DNA from: Octopus sinensis
Taxonomy: Eukaryota
NCBI RefSeq assembly: GCF_006345805.1
Contig: NC_043009.1
Location: forward strand, 49,786,001-49,850,000
Reading direction: 5' to 3'
DNA: 64,000 nucleotides
The translations under genes and the position numbers were made by a program. The notes beneath the pieces are model-generated. The model worked only from the letters and a program-made list of their open reading frames with translations, did not search any database and was not told the origin of the DNA. How positions within the stretch are numbered: position 1 is the first letter of the stretch; every line of letters begins with the position of its first letter. Shown one piece after another: positions 41,572-53,509 of this stretch.

Positions 41572-41698
41572 CCTAGAGGGGTGTGCGGAGGAAGCTGTCT
41601 ACAAAGCAGAGATCCGGCCTGAAAGTTTGCGCCAAGTGGAACTTTGCAAAAGGAACCCAAGGTGCCAAATGATGGTGTTAAACCAGTTGATGGATTAA
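41572..41698 (+). CDS. candidate terminal coding exon (LEGCAEEAVYKAEIRPESLRQVELCKRNPRCQMMVLNQLMD*)
   Basis: Long U-rich acceptor ending ttccaag, GC/CpG-richer island, open frame to TAA, AATAAA at 41761; could equally be a TE remnant. Confidence 0.25.
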
Positions 41699-41805
41699 GT
41701 CTACATCCCAAGTGAGAGGCACCACCTGCTACAACTAGCTAAAAACTAGATATCATGGTTAATAAAAATACATGTATACAAATCACCACACAGAGCATAG
41801 GAAAA

Positions 41806-41838
<33 letters not shown>

Positions 41839-42212
41839 GAGAGAGAAATTGAATTAGATGTCTTTCATTTATGCATGTTTCATCAGAAAATCAGCCAGAA
41901 CGTCTGTTGAACAATTTAATGTTGAGCCATGCAGATTGTTTCCCTGATACTTTACATTAGAAAATTAAGGACATCTTTTATATTTTACTTGTTTCAGTCA
42001 TTGGACTGTAACCATGTTGGGTCACTGCCTTGAACAGTTTAGCTGACTAAATCAACCCCTGTATTCACTTTTCAGTTTGGTATTTATCCTATCAGTACCT
42101 TTTGCTAAACTGCTAAGTTACAGGGATGTAAACAAACCAGTACTGGTTATCAAGTATTTTGTGTGCATGTAGCAGGGAAGTAATAAACACAAAGACACAC
42201 ATACACATGCAA

Positions 42213-42392
42213 CCTCGTGTGTACCGTTGGCGATTTTTTTCCCTCTGTCTTCCATTCTCCTATGTTTCCGACGAAGAGCTCCACTCGAAACGTTAAACCC
42301 TCCTTCTTTCCTGAGCGTCCAATAATACTATATTTGTTCTACATCCTTGCGTTGTTGTGTTTTTTTGTGCTTTCTTGTTTGGATTAACTTTA
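42213..42392 (+). mobile_element. Penelope-like element terminal-repeat fragment
   Basis: CpG-rich insert in a (CA)/(TA) tract carrying a minimal hammerhead motif, which is characteristic of PLE terminal repeats. Confidence 0.65.
42264..42298 (+). ncRNA. minimal type I hammerhead ribozyme motif (core U4C variant)
   Basis: GTTT-CCGACGA-A-GAG(CTCCA)CTC-GAAACGT-T-AAAC: stem I GTTT/AAAC, stem II GAG/CTC, palindromic ACGT stem III, GUU cleavage triplet. Confidence 0.65.
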
Positions 42393-43752
42393 TATATATA
42401 TATATATATATATGACGGGTTTCTTTCAGTTTCCGTCTAACACACAAACATATATATGAACATATATACAACGGGCTTCTTTCAGTTTCCGTCTACCAAA
42501 TCCACTCACAAGGCTTTGGTTGACCCGGGGCTAAAGTAGAAGAAACTTGTCCATGGTGCCACACAGTAGAACTGAACACACAACTATGTGTTGGGAAGCA
42601 AGCTTTTCACCAAATAGCCACAGCTGAGGAAATAACATATAGGAAAGAAAAACGAAGAAAACAGAAAAATAATAGTGAGAGGAATATAAAGAACACAGGT
42701 TAATTGAGTTTTTAAGCTATAATAATGATATATATTTCTTTCTTTGGCTTCCAATACACCCAAACTAGATAGAAGCATTTTCAAAATATAGTGAAATATT
42801 TATTAAAAACTACAATAGTGAAAGAAAATATCATTATCCCTTTTTATAATTTTCCTAACAGACACTGTCAGAAAATATGTGATCTTCAACATAAAGTCGT
42901 CAGACTCACCAGTTATTTAATGAATCCTCCAGGTGAATTGAGTCTCCACAATCTGGTTTCAAATTATCTTATGTGGCAATTTCACTCACTGTGTGAAAAG
43001 GGATGAACCTTCCAAACTTGCTTCCTACTTCCCTAAGGTAAATAGCACTAAGCACCCATATATGGATACCTCTAATTCTGACGTATCAAACAGGTGGCTC
43101 CTTCACACACACATGTATTAAATATAGACTTTTCTTTGACAGGGAATGAACAATTTTAGAAGCAAAATAGTAGTGTGTGTTGAAATATACATTCAAGCAT
43201 TTCTCCCAGAAAATTTCTGGAAGGAATATTATATAGTTTATTCAATCAGGATCTGAAACTGTGTAACAGTCATACCTCAAAAGAAGCTTGCTCCTAGCAC
43301 TACAGTGCCTGCCATACACTAAACACTATCCTTTAGGGAATGCAAGGATGTGATTATATCCAAAGGCCATTAATGATATAAATGAAACAAGTACTTATCA
43401 GTGTTTTCAGGGAAACCTATATGTATGAACAACAATCACTCGCTCACTCTCTTTCTGCTCCTTACTCTCTCTCTCTCTCCTCTCTCATATATGCACACAA
43501 ATGAAAAATTGTGGTAGAATTAAGGTTGTAATGTTATTGCTTTTCTCAAGAGTATTATTGGCAGGTTGTATAGTGTCTTCAAGCAAGATTGGTAACTATA
43601 TCACACATCCTATTTACTAGATGTTCACCCCTGATATTACAGTTCTCAGCATCACCTTCCACAAGGATATTAATGATGTAAATTAAATAAATGTATGACA
43701 GCTAAATGCTGACATATCCAGTGGTGTGTGTGTATGTATATATATGTGTATG

Positions 43753-43819
<67 letters not shown>

Positions 43820-43820
<1 letters not shown>

Positions 43821-44040
43821 GAGGCACAATGGCCCAGTGGCTAGGGTAGTGGACACGCAGTCGTAGGATCGTGGTTTCAATTCCCAGACTGGGCGTTGTG
43901 TGTGTTTATTGAGCGAAAACATCTAAAAGCTCCACGAGGCTCCGGCAGGGGATGGTGATCCCTGCTGTACTCTTTCACCACTCTTTCTTCTGTTGGCCTG
44001 CTCGCTTAGCCAGCGGGGTGGCGTCATTCGAAGGCTGAAA
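43820..44040 (+). mobile_element. tRNA-derived SINE, family F (3'-truncated)
   Basis: A-box TGGCCCAGTGG, B-box-like GGTTTCAATTCCC, GC-rich body; inserted at the end of (TA)n(TG)n. Confidence 0.8.
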
Positions 44041-44042
44041 TT

Positions 44043-44260
44043 TGGAACATGGAACTCTGATGGCCAATTTAAACTTGGACAAACCTGAAAAAACTTTGAC
44101 TTTGTTGCTCTGAGTGAAACCAGAAGAGTAGGAAATGGACAACTCAAAAAGAACATGGTCATTATACCTTCTTTTGGAAAGGTTTTGATCCTGAACAACT
44201 TAGGATCTATGGTGTAGTTTTCACCATCTGAAACAGTCTGCTTCCTTGCAAAACAGATAA
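44043..44260 (+). mobile_element. RTE LINE AP-endonuclease N-terminal remnant
   Basis: Frameshifted WN..TLM..., FDFVALSETRRVGNGQLK-EHGHYTFFWKGFDPEQLRIYGVVFTI*NSLL, matching the RTE-clade EN motifs (xNVRTL, ALSETR, YTFFWKG, GVGF). Confidence 0.85.
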
Positions 44261-44517
44261 GGATTGGCAATAGGAAGAACAGATCTGGTCATAACATCCT
44301 AGCTAAAAAATTTCACTACCTTATCCATTCTAACATGGAAAAATGAATATTAAATGAACTAGCACCATACATCATACTCCCACTCTTAGACAGCCACTTG
44401 TGAAAGATAGTGTGTGAGTGCATATGCATACATAAAATTTTACACATGTGATTGCAAAATTTTTGCTTAGTTTTGGATTTTAGAATTGTGTATATAAAAT
44501 GCTATTATGTATATACA

Positions 44518-44554
<37 letters not shown>

Positions 44555-44856
44555 ATATATATACATACACACATATACATGTACACACACATACAAAAAC
44601 ACACACACACATACACGCACACACACTAACAAACATACATCACATATCTTATTGCAATTCTCAAGGTTGGTTTCATTTTTTTAATCTTTTTTTTCTAAGT
44701 AGTCAACTGTTACAAAAATAACATACCTACCATAATGTAACACGGAAAATGTATTATGTATTACGTGTTGCATTATACTGTGTATCTACAATATAGAATA
44801 TTTAGTTAGTTATTTATAGCCTCTCAGACATAGATACCTGAGCATATATAATAATG

Positions 44857-44910
<54 letters not shown>

Positions 44911-45022
44911 GTGATGATGATAATAATAATAATAGTGAATATGGTTATGACTTACTGGTTCAGCAATCCTGTCATTTTTGAGGTAACTAGTAAATAAAAA
45001 TGCTATAACAAGAACAACAGCA

Positions 45023-45062
<40 letters not shown>

Positions 45063-45364
45063 GGTAGAAGAGTCAGGAAACTAAACAATACTGGCATTGC
45101 CATTAATTTTATTCCTGTTTTTTGTCACCAGACCAATTACATTAATGCACAGAATTATTGAAGATTTATCATAGACATGTCATGTTTGAGACTCTATAGC
45201 CAAACATGTCTCTTGGAGTTTTAACATGTGATCCCATACATTTCATTTATGTAGATTTATTATTATTATTATTGCTTTTTTTTCTTCCCAAATTTCTCAC
45301 ATTGATAAAATTTTTATTTTTGTCTTTCTGTAAGAGCCTTTCTTGCATATAAAATTTAGTAATG

Positions 45365-45422
<58 letters not shown>

Positions 45423-45433
45423 TAATAATAATA

Positions 45434-45475
<42 letters not shown>

Positions 45476-45932
45476 ATGATAATCATCATCATTTCATTGC
45501 CATTATGATTATTATTATAGAGAGATTGGCACAGTCATCAGAATATCAGATAAAATGTGGTATTTCTGGATCTTTCCATTCTGAGTTCTTATCTCACCAA
45601 AGTCAACTTTGCCATACTTCCCTGTAGAGGCTATAAAATATAGAACCAGTCAAGTACTGGGGGTCAATATAACTGATTACCTCCCTCCCCCAATTTCAGG
45701 ACAAGTTTATGCTAGAAACAACAGCAACAATTACTACTACTGCTATTACTATGACACCAATGACAGTGCTGCTAATAGCATCATCTTTAGCATGTCAGAC
45801 AAAGAGCTTTGCTGTATTTCTTCTGGCTCTTTATATTCTCTGATCAAATCTAACCGGGAACAATTTTATCTTTCATTCTTTTGAGGTCAGTATAGTAAAG
45901 TATCAGCTGAGTACTAGAGTCGATGGTATTAA

Positions 45933-46163
45933 GGTGGCGAGCTGGCAGAAACGTTAGCACACCGGGCGAAATGCGTAGTCGTATTTCGTTTGCCATTATG
46001 TTCTGAGTTCAGATTCCGCCGAGGTCAACTTTGCCTTTCATCTTTTCGGGGTCGATTAAATAAGTACCAGTTATGCACTGGGGTCGATATAATCGACTTA
46101 ATCCATTTGTCTGTCCGTGTTTGTCCTCTCTGTGTTTAGCCCCTGGTGGGTAGTAAAGAAATA
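45933..46163 (+). mobile_element. young SINE B nested in an older SINE B (about 45790-45932)
   Basis: Flanked by GGTATTAA at 45925-45932 and 46164-46171. Confidence 0.9.
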
Positions 46164-47625
46164 GGTATTAACCTATTCCTTTTTGAAAAGTACTGCTCCT
46201 GTGCCAATGTTAAAAACAATTATTAATATCATCAGAAGAAATAATGTTCAGCTCAGCTCAGTGTGTCCAGGAGTGTTCATCACTGAGGGGACCAAATTAA
46301 ATTGAAACATCCTGCCTGATGATCTGCTGAATATATCCTGAATGAGTTCATTGTTTTTTAACACATTAGTCTATTTGAGAAATTTCTCTAAGACAAAATA
46401 TCACAGCTAGTGCTATTCTATATTATAAATATTATACACATTATTGTTGTTGTTTGTCATAGTGGTGTTGGTGGTGGTGGTTTAGTAGAAAAGACCTAAG
46501 AAGCTGACATCATAACTTCTATGGAGTTGATCAGTTCGCTAAATATAACAGCTAAACCTCTTTAAATTACACTTAACTAGTCTTAAAGTCATCATCATCA
46601 TCATCATCATCATCGTTGATGATGACTTTAAGACTAGCTAAGTGTAATTTAAAGTGGTTTAGCTGTGCAGGAAAATATCTGATAATTGTTGTCCTAGATA
46701 TGGAGGAGTGGGTGATCATGGTTGGAATACTTATCATCATAAGCTCTGATCCTTTAGAGCTAACTTACTATGATTTTTCAATTTCTAATTGAAGTTATCT
46801 TCTTTCATTTACCTGACTAATTAGACATGGATATCACCTAAACCAATAACTGCACCCTCCATCCAGAAAGTTCAGAAACTTCACCTTTGCTGCTTATTTT
46901 ATCAACCATATGAGTTTCATAAAATAAACAGAAGTACTGGAAGTTTATATAAGGCAATTATAGTTTTGATGAATGTAGTGGTCCAGAATGACTACAGTCC
47001 ACTGACTGAACTCTGGTTAGACAGTAGAACTTTAAAAAATAAAACAAAGGAAACTATTTTTAAAAACATATTCCTATTATATGTACAATAATCTTTTATT
47101 TGTCACTGTTCAATTGTTTCTCATGTCCAGTACCAAAATTTGAGATTTTTGTCTTTTTACCATTGTTGTCTGCTCATGTATCATCATCATCATCATCATC
47201 ATCATCATTATAGTGAGAGAAGATAAGTCAGCTAACAACCATCACTACTTAGTGGAGTGGTTTTGGTAAAGTTAGAACTCTGGATAGAAAGAATGGTTAG
47301 ATACTGGGGTTATTACGTCTTCTAGATATATATAAACAATATCATCATGACAGTTGTGATAGAATCAGTGTTGACAATGGTGATGGTAGTGATGGTTGTG
47401 ATGATGGTGACGATGGTGATGAACCTATTGTAAACATGGCTTATTTTCCAGTTGTTTGTCTTCTCAGTCCAGTTTTCTCAAATGTGTAGCAGCTAATGAC
47501 AGATTAAGCCACTCAAATTCGAGCACAAAAGTGCTAATTTAGTTGCATTCTTTAAACAATCTTCATTTTGTTTTGTTTGCTGCTTATAAAATCTATGAGT
47601 AAAACCCTTAGAGAAGTGACCTTCC

Positions 47626-47760
47626 CACCACCACCACCACCACCACCACCACCACCACCACCACCACCACCACCACCACCACCATCACCACCACCATCAC
47701 CACCACCACCACCACCATCATCACCACCACCACCACCTCCATCATTGCCGCCACCATCAT
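47626..47760. repeat. (CAC)n microsatellite
   Basis: Direct reading; source of the poly-Pro ORF. Confidence 0.95.
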
Positions 47761-48420
47761 CACATGGCCACTCCAGAGAGTACTTACATTAATTGAATGA
47801 AGGTTGTGAATGTTCATTTAAAAGTAATTCTGAAGAAATTACAAAACAGTAAATTAATTTAATTCCAGTTTAGGCTATAGTAAAAGAGAGTAACATATAT
47901 TTAATTCTCAAAGTCTAAATGCAATATCGAAATTCATTTGATATTTTTCATCAGCAGTAACATTTCATTCTTATATTCTCATTGTTCAGAGTAATAATAT
48001 TCCATACAGAATTAATTACATAGCACAGTGATTCTTCAGGTACTATGGCTAAAAAAAGGAAAAATGCTTTATTCTATTGTATGGATTCATGTTCTACATA
48101 GTATTAAATATTTATCTAAAATTATTTATTAAATATATCTTGGAAATGATGAAGCCTCTGTAGGTTACTCATCCTGCTAGTAACAGCAGCCAAAATCTCC
48201 CTCATATCACACATTACTGTGTTAAGAAATGGAAGGACAGAGAGATTGATATAGTTTTATGCATTCTGTGTTTGAAATATAAGATGCAGCAGGGAGAAGG
48301 AGGAGGTGAAAAAGAAGAAGGAGGTGGAGGAAGGGTGGTTGATCACACAGTCGAGCTCATGCCAAGGGTCTACTCCAGCTTATTCTTTAGAAAAGAAAAA
48401 TGTTCCTCTATACTTATTAG

Positions 48421-48834
48421 TTACTCTCTTTTACTTGTTTCAGTCATTTGACTGCGGCCATGCTGGAGCACCGCCTTTAGTCAAGCAAATCAACCCCGGG
48501 ACTTATTCTTTGTAACCCCAGTACTTATTCTATCGGTTTCTTTTGCCGAACCGCTAAGTGATGGATGGGGACGTAAACACACCAGCATTGGTTGTCAAGC
48601 AATGCTAGGGGGACAAACACAGACACATAAACATATACAGACACATACTTATAAATATATATACATATATACGACAGGCTTCTTTCAGTTTCCGTCTAAA
48701 AAGTCCACTCACAAGGCATTGGTCGGCCCGGGACTATAGCAGAAGACACTTGCCCAAGATGCCACACAGTGGGACTGAACCCGGAACCATGTGGTTGGTA
48801 TGCAAGCTACTTACCACACAGCCACTCCTGCGCC
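48421..48834 (-). mobile_element. SINE family A (full length, young)
   Basis: Reverse complement of the 10734-11140 copy. Confidence 0.93.
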
Positions 48835-49060
48835 TATGTTTTTTTTTATGTCTGTGCTGGCATGGTTTGGATGAGGCTTATTGAGGCAGTATTCTATGAC
48901 TGGAAGCCTTCCCTGTCACCAACCCTTACTTGCTTTTCAAGTAAGGTATTTTCATTTCACTTGTATTCACACACCAAAACTGACAAACTATTTTACATAT
49001 TGTTTACAAGAAAGGCAAATAAGTATCACTGTTTTGTTCAGCATGAATGTGAAAATACAT

Positions 49061-49428
49061 ACTCTTTACTCTTTACTCTTTTACTTGTTTCAGTCATTTG
49101 ACTGTGGCCATGCTGGAGCACCGCCTTTAGTTGAGCAAATCGACCCCAGGACTTAATCTTTGTAAGCCTAGTACTTATTCTATCAGTCTCTATTGCCGAA
49201 CTGCTAAGTTATGGGGACATAAACACACCAGCATTGGTTGTCAAGCAATGTTGGGGGAACATATATACACATATGACAGGCTTTTTTCAGTTTCCGTCTA
49301 CCAAATCCACTCACAAGGCTTTGGTCGGCCCAAGGCTATAGTAGAAGACACTTGCCCAAGATGCCACGCAGTGGGACTGAACCCAGAACCATGTGGTTGA
49401 TAAGCAAGCTACTTACCACACAGCCACT
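49061..49428 (-). mobile_element. SINE family A
   Basis: (CTCTTTA)n tail to CACAGCCACT head. Confidence 0.92.
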
Positions 49429-49446
49429 TACACATTCATGCACACA

Positions 49447-49490
<44 letters not shown>

Positions 49491-49499
49491 ATGCGCATG

Positions 49500-49680
49500 T
49501 GCAAGCTGGCAAAATCATTAGCACACCAGGCAAAATGCTAAGTAGTATTTTGTCTGTGTTTATGCTATGAGTTCAAATTCTGCCAAGATCAACTTTGCTT
49601 TTCTTCCTTTGGGGGGATGATATAATAAGTACCAATTGAGTACTGGTGTTGATATATAATTGACTTAACTACTTCTGGGT
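49500..49680 (+). mobile_element. SINE family B variant (diverged)
   Basis: GCAAGCTGGCAAAAT head and GAGTTCAAATTCTGCC B-box. Confidence 0.7.
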
Positions 49681-51009
49681 ATGATTACAAAAAAATTTTG
49701 CTTTCCTCTGCCAACCCATGTTGAATCAGTGTGGCAGTGTGGTGGAGGGAACATGCTGAGGCCTTTGTCCTGCCGTAGACCGAACATGGGCAATCCAATC
49801 CAATCCATAAATATATGTGTGTGTGTGTGTGTGCACACATGCACATATTTGTGCCTGTATATGAGTATTTATGTTTCACTTACTTTCATGAAAAGTGTTG
49901 AGCTAAAAAGTGACCTCTGTTGATATTACCTACTAACAAATTATCTTGTAGCTCTGCACTTTTAAAGATGAGTGGAATAAAATATTCACTACTTGAAAAA
50001 CAGCAGGAAGGACACCAAGTAGTAAAGCAACACCTCAATACGTATTTGTTGATTTGTTGGACTCATACAAGCATGAAAAATTGGACGTAAAGATGAACAT
50101 GATTACAACACTTTCACACTGAGTAAAAATGGACAAGAAATTTAATTCTATACAGTTGAAAAGGTCTTGACCAATTGAACCTGAAACTATATAAAGTTAT
50201 AATTGTATTCTTTAATATACTAATCACTTTTCCTCTTTTAGCAACTTCTTTTCACACTAAATAAGCTTTTCTAAATTAAATTTTCAGAAAATTTCCAGAT
50301 ATGAAAAATCAAATTTGTTCTTTCATATTTAGGAAATTTCAAACTGAATACTTATTCAAGTCAGAAGAAGCAGAATCTGTTGTCTGTGAAAAAGATTTTG
50401 CAGTGAATCAGTTAAATATGGAGAATAGAAAGGGTTAAAAATATCCTTTTGGGGAGCTTCTATTCCATAAATGTACTATGTATAGGCATAAAAACCAATA
50501 AGAACCAATCTCACTGTACAATGATGTAGATAGGGCAGTAATGAAAGTGGTTGGTAGACATCAATAGAACATACTCGCTGAGATTCACCAATAGTTGAAT
50601 AAAGTAATTGAAATTCTCAAGATTTTGAAATAGATATTCTGCTATATATTCAAAAATGTTATTTTTAACTCAACATTTCTGTAAGTTTCAACAACAAATT
50701 TGAGAGGACAGAAGCCAAGTTTTGTCAAAATTTCCAACATGAAACACTGGATTTATTATTAAATAATATGAAACTGAAAGTTTGAATCAGTAATTTACAC
50801 TTCAATACAAATACAATAAACTACATTTTCAACTTGAAAAGAAAAGAAAAAAAGAAGGAAGGAAGGACTCTTTAAATGGTACATTTAAAGATATATTTAA
50901 CTAGAAAAGGGATAATTTTAATGTAAAATTCAAACTTGAATGAAAAGACCTTAACATATATTTCATATTTTGAATAATGACTAAAGCATCACCGTTAAAG
51001 CATTATCCT

Positions 51010-51210
51010 TAAACATCCATTTTCCATGCTGGTATGGGCTGGATGGTTTGACTGGAGCTGGTAAGGCTGGGGGATGCACCAGGCTCCATTGTTTGCTCTG
51101 GTAAGGTTTCCACAGCTGAATACCCTTCCTAACACCGACCACTTAACAGAGTGTACTGGGTGCTTTTTTCATGGTACCAGCAGGAGTGCTTTTTAGGTGA
51201 CACCAGCACC
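51010..51210 (-). mobile_element. RTE LINE 3' UTR fragment
   Basis: TTTTCCATGCTGG...TACCCTTCCTAACACC...GTGCTTTTT units. Confidence 0.75.
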
Positions 51211-51269
51211 ATTCTTTTTCTCTTCTAAGTAATTTATAGAAAAACATTTTAAAAATGTAGATGCAAACA

Positions 51270-51687
51270 GCACAGGAGTGGCTGTGTGGTAAGTAGCTTG
51301 TTTACCAACCACATGGTTCTGGGTTCAGTCCCACTGCGTGGCATCTTGGGCAAGTGTCTTCTACTATAGCCTCGGGCCGACCAAAGCCGTGTGAGTGGAT
51401 CTGGTAGACGGAAACTGAAAGAAGCCCATCGTATATATGTATATATATATATATATGTGTGTATGTGTTTGTGTGTCTGTGTTTGTCCCCCTAGCATTGC
51501 TTGACAACCGATGCTGGTGTGTTTATGTCCCCGTTACTTAGCGGTTCGGCAAAAGAGACCGATAGAATAAGTACTGGGCTTACAAAAGAATAAGTCCCGG
51601 GGTCGAGTTGCTCGATTAAAGGCAGTGCTCCAGCATGGCCGCAGTCAAATGACTGAAACAAGTAAAAGAGTAAAAGAGAGTAAAGAG
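51270..51687 (+). mobile_element. SINE family A (full length, young)
   Basis: Head CAGGAGTGGCTGTGTGG, tail (GTAAAAGA)n. Confidence 0.93.
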
Positions 51688-51690
51688 TAA

Positions 51691-52088
51691 ACATGGCTGT
51701 GTAATTAAAAACCTCACTTTGCAACCACATGATTTCAGGTTCAGTCCTACTGTATGGCGGCACCTTGGGTAAGTATCTTTTACTGCAGCCCTGAGTCTAC
51801 TAATGTCTTGTTTGTTAATTTGGTAGATGAAAATTGAGCGAAAGCTCATCATATATGTGCGTATGCCTTTATGTTTGTCTCCCTAACAATTTGACAACTG
51901 GTGGTGGTTTGTGTACATCCTTGTAACTTAGAAGTTCAGCAAATGGAACTGACAGAATAAATGCCAAACATAACATAAAATAAATAAACACTGGGGTTAA
52001 TTTGTTTGACTAAACCCTTCGAGGCGGTGCTACAACATTGCTGCAGTCCAATGACTGAAGTAAGTGAAAGATAAACGAAAGATAAGAG
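51691..52088 (+). mobile_element. older SINE A-like copy directly downstream
   Basis: Collinear degenerate head, body and tail. Confidence 0.75.
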
Positions 52089-52221
52089 TTTATCATTAAA
52101 TCAAAACAAAATTTAATACCAAAATAGAAGTGAAGCATTGCATCCAGACTTATTTAGTTATCAGCTAAGTTATACAATAATGTATTTGTTATTTTATGAG
52201 TGGAAATTTGACCCTGAACAA

Positions 52222-52275
<54 letters not shown>

Positions 52276-52315
52276 TGCGTTGAATTAAGAAATGAGGACG
52301 AATGAAAGTTCTGTA

Positions 52316-52353
<38 letters not shown>

Positions 52354-52359
52354 TAATAA

Positions 52360-52600
52360 TTATAAGCAATCACTGTGTATTGGCTAAAGAGAATAGTTTA
52401 TTATTGGGGCATATAAGCCCTTGACAGAAATAAGTGGGAATTAGTTCCCATGGGAATTGAACCCACATCTCTGCACTTATGAATATAAGAGGAGTGGGCT
52501 TGATTGCCATGCATACTAAAGCCCACTTTCTTCTGTCAGGGGCTTATATGGCCAAGTATTAGACTATCTTCTTTAGCCAATACATGGTGATTTCTTATAA
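52360..52600. mobile_element. foldback/MITE-like element with about 80-bp inverted arms and a tRNA-like core
   Basis: TTATAAGCAATCACTGTGTATTGGCTAAAG...AAGTGGG pairs with CCCACTT...CTTTAGCCAATACATGGTGATTTCTTATAA; minus-strand GGGTTCAATTCCC inside. Confidence 0.75.
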
Positions 52601-53509
52601 GCTTTTAGGTATTATTTACAGTATATAAATATGTATATATGCATGTTGAACAGTAACTAGCTTAAATAAACATTAGTAGTAATATCCTTCTTAATAAATA
52701 ACATGAATTGACTAATCATTTAGAATTATTTATCATGGCTTTGTTTTTAACAAGCATTAACAGGCAAAGAGTAGAAAGAGTTAACAGGTTCTGAAATATA
52801 TTAATCCATCAAATGTTGTGTATTTGTTGAACAGACAAGAAGCAAGGACACGTCTGAATCAGATGTTCAGCTGTCAGTAGGTGAGTCAACAGTTTTACCT
52901 AATGTGCAACAACATAAGAGGCCAGTCCAATAATAACACCTGATGTACAACAGCCAGAATGCAATAAACAGTTGTATTGTATGTATAATGACCAAGAAAC
53001 CAGTCAGCAGATGTACTAGATATACCAAATGTGCAACAGTCATGGTGCTAGCGAAAGGTTGTACAAGACAAGCAACAATCAAGATACTAGATGTTAGCTA
53101 TAACAAATGCCAATCAACAATTGTTTTAAATGTGTAGAAGTTTACATTCCCACCAGATATTCATTATTAAAAGATGTACAGTAACTAGTCAAGTGTATAA
53201 AAGTCAGCAAAACAGTCAACTATTATACTAGATTTTATTCCAAATAGTCAGTTTATACATCTGTACTAGATTTGCAACTATATTCAGTTGACAATAAGAT
53301 CAGGAGAAATAGTCGTTTGGTAAAGGGTATAGTAAACAAATAAACATGCAAATAGAAATAAAATTACTGTGCAATGTGATATGGGTCTTTTAGTTCAGGA
53401 AATCAAATACATCACAAAGTGTTTGTGTTGTCTTTAAAATAAATGCACTTTAACTTTCATTGACTCAGTTCATCTAGCTGTGGGAAATAGTTGAGAGAAT
53501 TTATTTTTG

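Larger units (their letters stand above)
41990..42620 (-). mobile_element. SINE family A (old), interrupted by a Penelope-like fragment
   Basis: TTTTACTTGTTTCAGTC tail at left and ...CAAATAGCCACA head at right; the CTTTCAGTTTCCGTCTA segment is duplicated at about 42415 and 42470. Confidence 0.8.

Noticed and set aside
43820-43895. tRNA gene (also the heads of SINE A and B)
   Set aside because: A and B boxes are present, but there is no complete cloverleaf and the sequence continues into SINE body.
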